This document shows positions 12,750 to 24,114 of a stretch of 64,000 nt of DNA, in pieces. Made by a program: the position numbers and the translations under genes. The number at the start of each line of letters is the position of its first letter. The first letter of the stretch is position 1. The notes beneath the pieces are model-generated. The model was not told the DNA's origin. It was given only the letters and a program-made list of their open reading frames with translations, and did no database searches. This DNA is from Chlorokybus atmophyticus (lineage: Eukaryota; Plantae; Mesostigma and Chlorokybus algae), in contig RHPI01003587.1 in assembly GCA_009103225.1 (NCBI GenBank), positions 1-64,000 on the forward strand. The letters run 5' to 3'.

Positions 12750-15172
12750 ATGCTGTACGACGCCGCTGTGGTGGGCGGCGGCATCGTCGGCGTTGCGGTA
12801 AGCGACTGAGTGCATGGGTGGGTGGGAAAGCGTAGGTGATTGTGGGTGGGAGGCCAGAAACTGGACGCATGCTTGCACGGTGATGCACTCGCGCAGTAGC
12901 ACTGAAGCAGATGCGCACGCGCATCACAGACAAACAGACGCACATGCACACGCGCACACATCATGCACACACTTATACATGCATGCACGTGATACACCCA
13001 CACAAGTGCACGCACACGTGCACGCACACACCCCGGCACATACATGCACACGTGCGCACACCGACATGGAGCGACACACGCACACGCACTTTACTCTGCC
13101 TACACGCGCACGCAGGCAAACGGACGCACACATGCACAGTGCCATACGTACACCCACTCGAACACACCCTTGTGATGTTGCGCACTTAGGTCGCCCGTTC
13201 CCTCCTCCGTTCCCTCCTCTCCCCCCGTCCCCTCTCCCTGCTCCTCCTGGAGTCCGAGCCCTCCCTGGCCCTCCACCAGACCGGTCGCAACTCGGGCGTC
13301 GTCCACTCTGGGTTGTACTATGAGCCGGGGTCCAGCAAGGCGGAGCACTGCGTCGCGGGGGGGAGGGCGCTCTACGAGTACTGCGGGGAGAACGGGGTGG
13401 CATGGGAGAGGTGCGGGAAGGTGGTGGTGGCCACGAGGGAAGAACAGGTAGGGTGGGCGGGTGTGTGTGTGTGTGTGTCTGGGAGTGGGTGATGTGAACT
13501 TGTTGGAGTTGCTGTGGCACGCGCATCCCGTTGTCGTCATCTGGAAAAGTGATCGTGCCATCGTTTACTGCTGTGCTTTGGCTCTATGTGTTTGCCCGTG
13601 AATGCGTACAGGCGTGCACTCACTGGTTCTGTCTTAAACGCATGCATGAAACACGCGAGGATGCGCTACAACACACGCACCCACACGCACACGCACACAG
13701 ATATGTGGCATGCGCACGTACGAACATGAACATGCAGGTCCCGCTGTTGGACGAGTTGGAGGCTCGCGGCCGCGCCAACGGTCTGCGGGGCATCCGGCGG
13801 CTGCGCAGCGCCGAGGAGTTGCGCGAGCTCGAGCCCCACGCAGCAGGCATCTGTGCCCTCCACGTCCCCGATACCGGCATCGTAGACTATGTCGCAGTAA
13901 GACAGACACAACATTCACGCATATCAACAACACACTTTTTCAGTATCGTTGTTTGCCAGATGACGGCGGCTATGGCAAAGGACTTTCAAGAACTTGGGGG
14001 TGATATCCTCACCTCAGCCAGAGTGCATTCCATTCGTTCATCGCCGACGCAGTTCGACCTTGAGACCGAAAGAGGCACCGTGTCAAGGTAGGCACACATG
14101 TGGCATATCATAAACAACAACATGGTATACATCAGATCTTTCTCCTCGTGTGTTGCAGCAAGACAATCATCAACTGTGCGGGCCTGCAGTGCGACCGGAT
14201 AGCGCGCATGTGCGGGGCCGACCTCGACGTGCAGATAGTCCCCTTCCGCGGGGAGTACTACAAGCTGGTACTGGCTGTTGTGTGGGTTGATGATAATCAA
14301 GATGATGTTCTATGCGTGCGTGCTTATGGTGCGTAGCCTAGCTTCCTGGCAGGGAGCATCTGGTGAACAACCTCATCTACCCGGTCCCCAACCCGACGTT
14401 CCCCTTCCTTGGCGTCCACTTCACGCGCATGATCCACGGAGGCATTGAAGCCGGCCCCAATGCAGTACGCGTGGCATCCCTTGCGTAGAGTGTGATGCGA
14501 AGTCGACATCCATTAGTGTGCACCGGCTTTCGCGTGCATACACGCGCGTACGCGTGCGTGTGTGTGCTTGCACGCACTAGTGCACACACGCATACGCCCG
14601 TGTACACACACATGGGTGCACTCGCAAACAGCACACGCACTCACCCACGCGCGTGCGCGTGCATGCGTGTACACACGCAGGTGCTTGCGTTCAAGAGGGA
14701 GGGCTACCGCTTCACTGACTTCTCCCTGCGCGACGTGTTGGAGTACTCGACCTTCGGCGGCTTCTGGAAGGTGGCTCTGAAGCACTGGCGCCCGGGCCTC
14801 CAGGAGATGAGCCGCTCGCTCAGCAAGGCCAGGTTCGTCAAGAGCCTGCAGGAACTCGTACCAGAAATACAGGTAAAGTGGGGTGGGTGTGACACATGTT
14901 GGCATCAACATACCATCCGTGGTGTGAACCAACACTGCATCCAGGTTGAGGATGTGGAGAGGCACGGTGCGGGCGTTAGGGCGCAGGCGGTGCGGCGTGA
15001 CGGTGCGCTGCTGCACGACTTTTACCTGGTGGAGGGTAGCGAGGGCCGCTCCATACACGTGCTCAATGCGCCCTCGCCCGCCGCCACCGCCTCGCTCAGC
15101 ATTGCGGCCTCACTCGCGCGCACAGCTGCACGCAACTTTGGCTGGGAGTTCAAGGAACAAGCAAAGAAGTGA
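12750..15172 (+). CDS. L2HGDH: L-2-hydroxyglutarate dehydrogenase/oxidase (LhgO-like)
   Basis: [81 protein letters not shown] and [14 protein letters not shown] across 8 exons. Confidence 0.95.
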
Positions 15173-15199
15173 AGGCCTCACACATGTACTTGTAGCGAT

Positions 15200-15243
<44 letters not shown>
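15200..15243. repeat. (GT)n microsatellite just 3' of the L2HGDH stop
   Basis: Direct observation. Confidence 0.9.
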
Positions 15244-15245
<2 letters not shown>

Positions 15246-16535
15246 CGTGTCTGTTTGCCCCTCCCTGTGTTGTGTTTGTCGGAGTGCGTAGCAGCACATG
15301 GGCGTGTTGTGGACATTCCGTGTAGTATCCGTTGTTATTGACTTGTGATTATATTATATTATTTGTTAAAGTGGGCCAGCAAACATCTACACTCGTATGC
15401 AGCAGATATTGATGCAAAGGGACTTGTGCTTCGTTATAGCCCAATTAACCCTTTGTGTATCACTTCCCTTGCAACGTCAGCCGTGCAGCTGTTACACTTT
15501 TTCCTTTACAAATTGTTTTTTCTCACTCTCAAATGTGGCCGCCATGCCAAAGCGAATATAGGAGTTGCAACAAGCAATGCTTATTGAGATAGCATTTCCA
15601 GCAGGTATGACATGCTCTTTGCTGATTATCCGCTTCATGCACCAATAATAATGATGCACAACCCAGGCACAAGTACTCGCCATTGGCATTTATAAGTGTG
15701 CAAAAGCCTAGCATCCAAAGCAGTGTGAGCAACAACCAAACATGAACATTCGTGGTGCATGCTCGATGCATGCACCGCTTGCACTGACCGTGCTAATGCA
15801 CATGTATATTGCCGTTGCTATGCCTAACAATGCACTTGCAACTTGTGCTACCTCAAGCCACACATATTGCCATTGTTGCTTGCTTACTAGCCTTGTTCAT
15901 GTCAATCACTTGTCTTGCTACAGTCTTTGCCTATGCATTCAATCAGCAATGTGTCCACAAGCTCAACACCTTGACACAGCTATGCACAAGCTCACGTGCT
16001 GCTCCGAACTGCCTTTCAATCAAGCATTAGGCCAGGCGTCATGGCACAATAACATGGAGTTGCACCGTCTTTGGTTATCGTCAACGTCTGATTGACGACC
16101 AAAACTTGGATGCATGCTCTATGCAGAGTTGCAATGTGATTCTGTCAGACGCTCAATAAGCTGCAATGGAGCTGGCCCATAAACGTCCGCTACGCTCTTC
16201 ACACCTCAGTGCTAATGGAGCTTTCCGTAACACCACGCAAAGCCGCTCTACACCACCTATGCAGGGCCGTCAGCAGCACGACAACGATCTGCTCCGCAGT
16301 GCCTGCCCTGAGCACACAGTCTGATGTGAATCAGTGACAGATCACCACCTTCAATTGCAAAAGAGTTACAGCATGCATCTATACGAACAGGCACGCAAAA
16401 CACACGCGCACTTACGTATCAACGCACAGCCACACTGTGCTGGTCTTACGTGTTGGTGGTGCGGGAGCGTGGTGTGTGCATCGCTTATTTGATTTAGCGA
16501 TGAGTTGTGGTTCGCTGGCTCAACTGAGGTGCACA

Positions 16536-18581
16536 TCAGTGGTGTACATTCTGGGGCTGCGCCATGAGCCACTTCTTCAGCAACGGCTGCAAATGAAGAC
16601 AGATATGTTGTACAATGCTGTTCCATGCAGTGGCGTGGGCACAGACATGCATCAACGAGCTTAGAGCGCCTTACAATCGCCAGCGGATGTGCGTTGATGG
16701 CCTTCTCAAGCCGGGATGGCATCCCAAACACGCGTGCCTGTCTCAGCTCGCGTGGCGCTCGCCTGCACTTGTCTGTGTACGCGAGTATACGTCGATCCAG
16801 TAGCCCCTCATATGCGCGCAGGGCGACCGGCCACGCCTCACCCGCGTCACCACCCGCGTGCGCGTACTCGACGAACACGGCCTCGAAGCTGAACGGCACC
16901 CGGCCGCGACGCTCGAGGCGAAGAGCCGCCGCTAGCACGTACAGTTGCAGCCGCGACAGACCCTCAAGCGGGTGCCATCGCTCGGGGCAATAGGATAGCT
17001 TGCTCGCGGCGTGATCAAAATTTGTCGTGGACAAGACACCTGTGCGCCTGTCCATGGCCAGCAGCGCGTACAACCTGTGCATTGCAGGCATGGTCATAAG
17101 AAATCATGCTACTGCGGTTGTTAAAAAAGTTAGACATGCTATGCGTGCTCACCCGAGGCGTTTGATGGCGGCTTCAGCGTCCACTGTGCTGCCGGCAACC
17201 CGCTGCAACAACTGCACAACCTCCGGCCGCTGCAACACCACCTGGACCAAATGAAAATTGTTGTTGGTTAGGTGGGACTGAGGACTCCACACTCGGCAGT
17301 CTTCACCGCACGAACAAAGGTACTAGCATTGACTACACCACCTCAAGAGAAGTGTTGTAACGCGTGGACACACTGCTGTCTTCAGCTTTTGAGCGCATGG
17401 ATTCCAGCAGCAACCTGCGCAAGACGCGTGCATTGAATCCTGACTAAGGTAAGACGAGCGTGTTTAATGATGGTGACAGTAGAGCAACCTACTGAGCAGG
17501 GGTCTTCTGGTCGGGGTAGCACACCACAGACTTGTGCACAAAGCGCGAGCGCACGCGCTTCTCAAGGTGTTGAACAACCTCCTGTAATGACATCCGTTTA
17601 TAAGCTGCTGTTATTATTTCTGACTGCATCCAGAAGGCGCAACGTGTGTGCCAATGCGGTTGGTATGACTTACTGAGCCCTGCGCTAGGCATATTATGGC
17701 AACGCGTACGTCGCTCGTGGACACGACATCAAACAGGTTGTACAGAAACTCCTGCTGCGGCCGCTGCAAACACCACAATTGCAAACTCAAGTTCACGAGC
17801 TGCGGGTTCCATATGTGATGTGGTATGCACTCACCCGAGGAAAGAGGTCAAACTCTTCAATCACAAACGCTGTCACTATCCCGCTGCTTGTGTTTGACCT
17901 GCACAACAACAGCACACTCTGACACACCTAGAGCTACACACCAAACTGCTGCCCGCAGAAGAGCACGTCATTACCTGAGTTTGAGCCTGAGAAACTTCAC
18001 GCTATCTTGGAAGGTTGGCTGTTTCATCATCATCAATGGTTAAATCAGACAGTACCATTCACAGGTTGGTGAGCAGGCAGTGCCACCCACCTGCGGTGCG
18101 GTTTCGGACCCTTCTAGTCCGGACAACTGCTGAGAAACTGCCTGCGAATAATGCACATTGGACAAAGTCCTCTAACGTGTCGTGACAGTGTGTCGTGTGT
18201 CTACCGCTGGTGTGCATGGGTGTTGTTGTGTGGAACCAATGCGTGAGTGCTTGCAAGGCCAGAGCTTGCCTTAAACGCAGCAGCGTCGTCAGAGTGCAGG
18301 TAGCCGTGCAGCCTCACGACAGCGAGCTTCTTGTTCTTCTCTTTGGCGGCAAGGGCGGCCTCTACGGCAGCCCTGGCCAGCCTACTTGTGGGCCGTCCAA
18401 ACAGCAGCAGGCTTGAGCCTGCCACAGTGGAAGCGGGCCAGTCATCGGCGCAGGCTCGCCGCAGCAGGCCGTCCACCTCCAGCCTGGCGTTGCTGTCATC
18501 TGCTGCAGGCGAGGCGGCCAGCTGCCTCCTCACAGACCGCACCAGCTCGTCCACCTCCGCGGCCGCCGTCGACGCCGCCAT
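16536..18581 (-). CDS. ORC4: Origin recognition complex subunit 4
   Basis: VRLHGYLHSDD, FVIEEFDLF (Walker B), QEFLYNLFD, LEKRVRSRF (Arg finger), LEGLSRLQLYVL and C-terminal PLLKKWL. The Walker A motif is degenerate. Confidence 0.85.
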
Positions 18582-18600
18582 CCTGGCGTGCTGGACAGCG

Positions 18601-18613
18601 TTTCCCGCCAAAA
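18601..18613. promoter_or_regulatory. E2F-binding element (overlapping double site) upstream of ORC4
   Basis: TTTCCCGCCAAAA: TTTCCCGC on + and TTTGGCGG on -, 20 bp upstream of the ORC4 ATG. ORC genes are established E2F targets. Confidence 0.7.
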
Positions 18614-18741
18614 TGGCCACAACCGTTATAAGAACGAAGGACGTATAAGAACCCGTAACGTGTGCGAAACACTTGTTTCCAAGCCCCCCCCGCAGCACCG
18701 CACAGCGGGATTGCAGCCTTATGACTCATGAGGCTTACGAC

Positions 18742-21700
18742 TACCCGTCATATTACCCGATTATTGACCGATTACCCTGACGGTTAATTTTTATTACCCG
18801 TCAACATCATTCTTAAACAACGGGTAACAGGCAGTCAATGACGGGTAATATGCAGTAGCAGTAACCCCTTGTTTTAAGCCTTTCAAGCAATTACATCAAT
18901 AACAAGCATGAGGTTAGTCGTCACTAGTTGCTGCACTTGTGCTGCGAGCTGTATGCGTGTGCGTGTGTGTGGGTGATAGGTGCTGTGCATGCATGTGCTG
19001 TACTTGCTATGCGTGCTGTGCGCAAGTATGCGTTGACGCTTGGTTTTGCTTGCTGCATACTGCCACACGATTTACAACCATTATTCAACCACTGTGCATC
19101 AAGCTTACAAATAATATCGTGCAAACCAATCACGCACGTGTGCGCACATGCACATGTGAACGCGTATGTGCATGCATACATGCGCGCATGCATGTGACAT
19201 GTTTATGCATGTACGCAAGTTTGCATATGTCAAACTGCAGTGTCTAGAACGCTAGATCATAAATTGACAAGAATGGCAGAGCTGCATTGCCCTTGTACAA
19301 GAACAACCGACCAAGGACACACTTCTCCACAACCTCCCGCTCAACAAATGGAACGTCATCATCTGCCAGGCCATCATTGTGACGCTCATTATCCAATGTC
19401 TGCATCCATGAAGCCACAAGCTCCTCCCACTCTGATGCGGAGCTGATGGGGTCTTCATTGGCTACAAGTATGTTCACTGCATGCTCATCAGCAACAGTGT
19501 TGCCCTCCTCTACAATGACAGCGTTGTTGGTGCTGGCTGTGGAGCGTGGGTGCGTCACTACCGCGTCTGATTGCAATGACAGGTACTGCACTTGTGTTTG
19601 CACAGCAACAGCGCTCAGCCCACGCTGCCTCTTCTCTTGCCCTTCCATCTGCACACTTCTTAAGTGGCTCTTAATTTGGGTGATATTTACCGCTTTCTCC
19701 CAAGCTAAGCGATTGCGCAACTTGCTATGCACAACGCCCAATGCAGACCATACTCGTTCTTGATCAGCTACATGTGTCCGCATGGCATACAAGTGAAGGG
19801 CCAGGCGTGCAAGCTCTTTGATCAATGGCTTCATGAGACTCCAGAAAGCGATGGGGTCACAGTCTGGTCGAGTCAAGAAGGCTTTTGTTGATGGAGTGTT
19901 GAAGGGTGCAGAGTCTGCCATGTAGGCGCTGATCTGCAAGTGCATAGTGGTGTCACCTTGCGCTGCGCATAGTTACAGTCAACATGTACCTACAATGAAC
20001 AAGACATGTTGAATGCAAATGCACTACCGTGCTTGCCTGAGTAATGATGTTGTCGGCATCACCATCGGTGAAGAGCTCATCGTACAAGTGAAAAGCAAGA
20101 TCGGATAGGTGGATAGGGTACGCAATTGGCTCATCTTGGTTGAGATGCTTCATGCGCTTGGCTGGGTGCAGCACATACATAAGAAGGTACAGCTGCTGGT
20201 CCATCTTGTGCCAGCGGCTCTGTTTATTTGCAACCAGTTAGCATGCGCAAGCATGCACGGGGATGGTGAGAACCCAATGATGAGTTGTGGTGCAGCTACT
20301 GTCGCTCACTTCCAAGATATCCACAAGGACGCCTTTGACTCTGGCGTTTTCAATTTCTTGAAAATGCAAGCTTAGTCTGCCATAACCCAACAGCACATTG
20401 TCCAACCTGCAGTCTGTGGCTTCAAACTGACGCCCCACCACCTTCAAAGGCATCAGGTGTCTCACAACCTATAACACATGCAAATGCAGGTGTTAGTTGT
20501 TGCATCATCATACTGACCTTGCTCAAACACGGTGGTGCACAAACCTGCTCAATTGTTTGCCAGAACCGTGAGTCCTCCACCCATGATATGACTTCTTTGG
20601 CTTTGTCTTGAGTAGCACGTTGCTTAGAGATTGAGCCTAGAAGATCATCATATCTTTCCAAACACAAGGCGCGCATAGCATTTTTCACCTGCACAGAGTA
20701 CTGAATGCATGCATGCATGCATGCAAGTGAACAACTCGGTACTTGGCATGCACAGCCAGGGGTTGTTTACCTCAAGCAGTCTTACGAGGCTGTCAACTTG
20801 TGAGCCCCATCGAGTTGCCACTGGCAGCAACAGGGCCTTTGCATCAGTACCTAGAGATATCAGCTTGTCTAGCAGCCAGGCGTGCGGCACTGAGTGATTG
20901 TTAAACCAATTGATGACGTCAACAGCCCTCTTCATGGCATCAACAAAGCGCGTCCCTTTCAGCTTCTTGAAGTAGTCGCCAACAAGGAGGTTAACTTGAT
21001 GTGCATGACAAGCCATCACCATAATGTCATTGCGTTCTTCATGCAACTTGCGTCGAGCCCAATTGCATGGTGCTGCATCGTCCGTCACAACTGCCAGAGC
21101 TTGGCACTTGAGAACTGTTTTGACATACTTCACCTCCTCCTTCAGCTGACTGATAATGTACGGCCCGTCCTCCTTAATGCCAGTAACATTTTCAGCTCGC
21201 CTAAAGATCACCTGCACACATAACACATGCTTCAACAAACAACAACAATGCTCTCGTGTAGTGAAAAGTCGCAACATTTGTCAAGCAGCACTTACTTCAC
21301 CGCGGTCGGTGATGAGGCTAATGCCAAATAGCTGTTCTCTTTTGATGTTCGTCCAAGAATCACAAATGATTGTCACCCCTGACAAACTACATGCCATCAA
21401 GACATGGCATCTCAATGTGTGCGTGCGTATGCAAAGACATGCTGACAGTGCAAGCATACAGCAGGTAACTAAATGCACGTACCATAAGCAGCTTCACAAG
21501 ACGCCTTTGTGGCAGCCAGCACATGCTCATGCACTGCCTTCAATACACGACCAGCAAGTTGCTTGCGATCAGTCACACTAATGGACGGGCGCAAGAACTC
21601 TAACAACTTCATCACCCAGTAGTCGTTCACCCACAGAAATGGCAGGTTTGCAGATATTGTGGCCTTCAACAAGAGAAACTCAAGCTGCTTTTTTTCTTGA

Positions 21701-22465
21701 CCTGACATTGGCTTATCTGCATAAGAGTAGCCGCTTGAGATGCGGTGATTGTTGCTGTTGGTCACCTCCTGGCGTGCACGCTTCCTACTTTTGTTCTCCT
21801 TCTTGTTTTTGTCTGCAACTTCTTGCTGAGCCCACTTGCGCACAGCTGCTTCAGTGAAGCGACAGCCGCTGGCAAGGTGACGCAGCATGTCACGCTTGTG
21901 GCTCTTTGTATGCCCTTTTTTATCGGCAGGTATAGACACCCCTGTGCATGTCATAGTTAACAACACAACCAACAACATGCTTACAACTGCAGCAGCCAGC
22001 ACACGTTGCATTTTAACACTTGCATGTGAGACGAAGTGCGGTGCAGGTGAACTCACCGTTCTCAGTGCAGGCATTGCACGTGGCCCACCAAAACTGCTTG
22101 CATGCTCTGACATTGGTTATATAGAAGAGGTCTTCCACCTCATACTCATTGTCGGCGGACTGTTGCTCGTCATCCTCCTCATCTGTAAGCTGAGACGCCA
22201 TGGCCGCCGCCGCCGCCGCCGTCGCCGCCTCTAACACCAGCGTCGCAATGCCAGTGTCTGTGGCGCGAAACTCAGTTGCATCCAAGTTTGCGCGGGAACC
22301 GAAGTGGACGTAACCCGTCGTATTGACTGCAGTTTACCCGCTGTTTATCCGCTGTATTACCTGACATCACCATCATTGACCGTCACGTCTTTATGTAATT
22401 AGCAGTCAATGACCGTCACTTTGTCGGTCAAGCGGTCAACGGTCAAGCGGGTAAGCCCAACCCTA
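18742..22465 (-). mobile_element. hAT-superfamily DNA transposon
   Basis: The terminus at 22465 reads TAGGGTTGGGCTTACCCG on -. TACCCG/TGACCG subterminal repeats occur at both ends. 8-bp flanks CTTACGAC (18734-18741) and TTTACGAC (22466-22473) look like a TSD (7/8). Confidence 0.8.
19244..22201 (-). CDS. hAT transposase with BED zinc finger, spliced (about 7 exons), no disruption seen
   Basis: W..C..C...MLRHLASGC (BED), CDSWT (D), VVTDD (D), CHAHQ (CxxH), VATRWGS, LHP, FWS and QERVWS (E). First in-frame ATG at 22201; the track's 22285 start is TTG. Confidence 0.9.
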
Positions 22466-23298
22466 TTTACGACTCACTCAAGTACCTTAAGTCAAGTTAC
22501 CAATATGCGCACCTGTACACCAATACCTGCAATTACCTTGACAATCATCAATGTGTCATTGCTATCATGTCGCAGATTGCGACTCATAATGTTCCACACG
22601 AAGACCGACGTGGCAGATAGTGGACTGATAACTTTGCGTGCAGCGTGCATATCCGACAAGCACTTGTCAGTGGAGAAATGAAGGGAAACACGCGGGGCGG
22701 GTAAATAAGCATGATAGTGGTATTATCAATAAATTGAAATTGTGTATTGCATATCATAATCCAACTTTCACCTCGCCGTTTTTCAAGCCCCGGTCTTCAC
22801 TTTTGCCCTTTACCTGCAACCTCATGTGTCTGAAAACCAACTTTTGATCTTCATGTGTCTTGCCTGAAACAGCGATGACAAACTTCTGAGTAATAGTTGC
22901 CATAGTTCACTGGTCAATCGTGTAGCGTATTGTGTTGTTGTTGTTAAGTGATGACGTGTGCATATGTGGTCGCTTTTTTTTAGCTGTAATATGATTACAA
23001 TTATTGGCTCCGGCTCCCTTTATTTCCCCCATGCATGCATAGAGTATGGTGGATTGATGGCACTTGAGTGCAACTCCAAGGTATACATCTCAGCACAGCA
23101 TGATCTATTGTATGCATGCGTTATACTCTTCTCACACATACGGCTATGACCTTTACATACAGTTGTAGCAATATTACTTAATGTTCAGATACGATGCTTT
23201 ACCGCACATCACTAATACTTTTTGCATGCAATGTTTGCGTATATTATATTTGCATAAACATAACGCCCCTTCCATTACTGCAGCCCCTCAGAGGGGAA

Positions 23299-23401
23299 GG
23301 GGGGGGGGGGGGGNNNNNNNNNNNNNNNNNNNNNNNNNNNNNNNNNNNNNNNNNNNNNNNNNNNNNNNNNNNNNNNNNNNNNNNNNNNNNNNNNNNNNNN
23401 N

Positions 23402-23436
<35 letters not shown>
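23299..23436. other. poly-G tract spanning an assembly gap
   Basis: G runs flanking an N run. Confidence 0.95.
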
Positions 23437-24114
23437 CGGCATTGTGTTCTTGATAAGCGTAATTTGTTTGCGGTGCCCCCCAAATACAGCTCCCCCTCAT
23501 CGCACAGAGGCACTGTGCACAAAAGGGGGGCGCTCTGCTCAAGTGAATATGGTACCCATGTGTTCGTTGCTTGTACGTGTCAAACTTGCATTTGCTGAGT
23601 TGTACAGCAATAGGCTCTTCGTAATGATATCATGATACAAATAAGAAATGTGCATGGCTACATGTATTTGCACTGATCGGCCCTTGCTTAGGTCAATTGG
23701 ATGATGGACTTTATATTCTTCTCCAACAGTGCAGGGTGTCATGGCTAGTATGCGCCTCTGTTCTTTGTGTAAGGATTGGTCAATAACCGCCCTTTCAAAC
23801 TACAATCCCCCATGTTCAGCGGGTGACTTTCTGCAAGCCATTGTGAATGTATTTCTGTTATGGGATGTCCGACAAACAGAGAAAACACGCACTTACCAGC
23901 ACCTTTTCCGATGTTGTTGTGTCACTGAAGTCCATAGTAACTCACTAGGGCAGCTGCGGCAATGATGATTATTCATGCTTGAGCAAACCACTTGCCAGAA
24001 GCGTGAGATCCCACCAATTGGTGGTTAGATGTTTGCCGCATATGGGTGGGATGTGTATACAACAACATACTAGGAAGAACAACCAATCCAGCGCATGCGT
24101 GAAGTGTCCGTTTT

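Noticed and set aside
13190-13249. Almost pure pyrimidine stretch with a 12-bp direct repeat
   Set aside because: It is simply the start of L2HGDH exon 2 ([21 protein letters not shown]) using C/T-rich codons.
12569-13526. Several His/Thr/Cys/Val-rich ORFs of 100-200 aa
   Set aside because: Translations of CA/CG-alternating intron 1 of L2HGDH or antisense shadows of exons.
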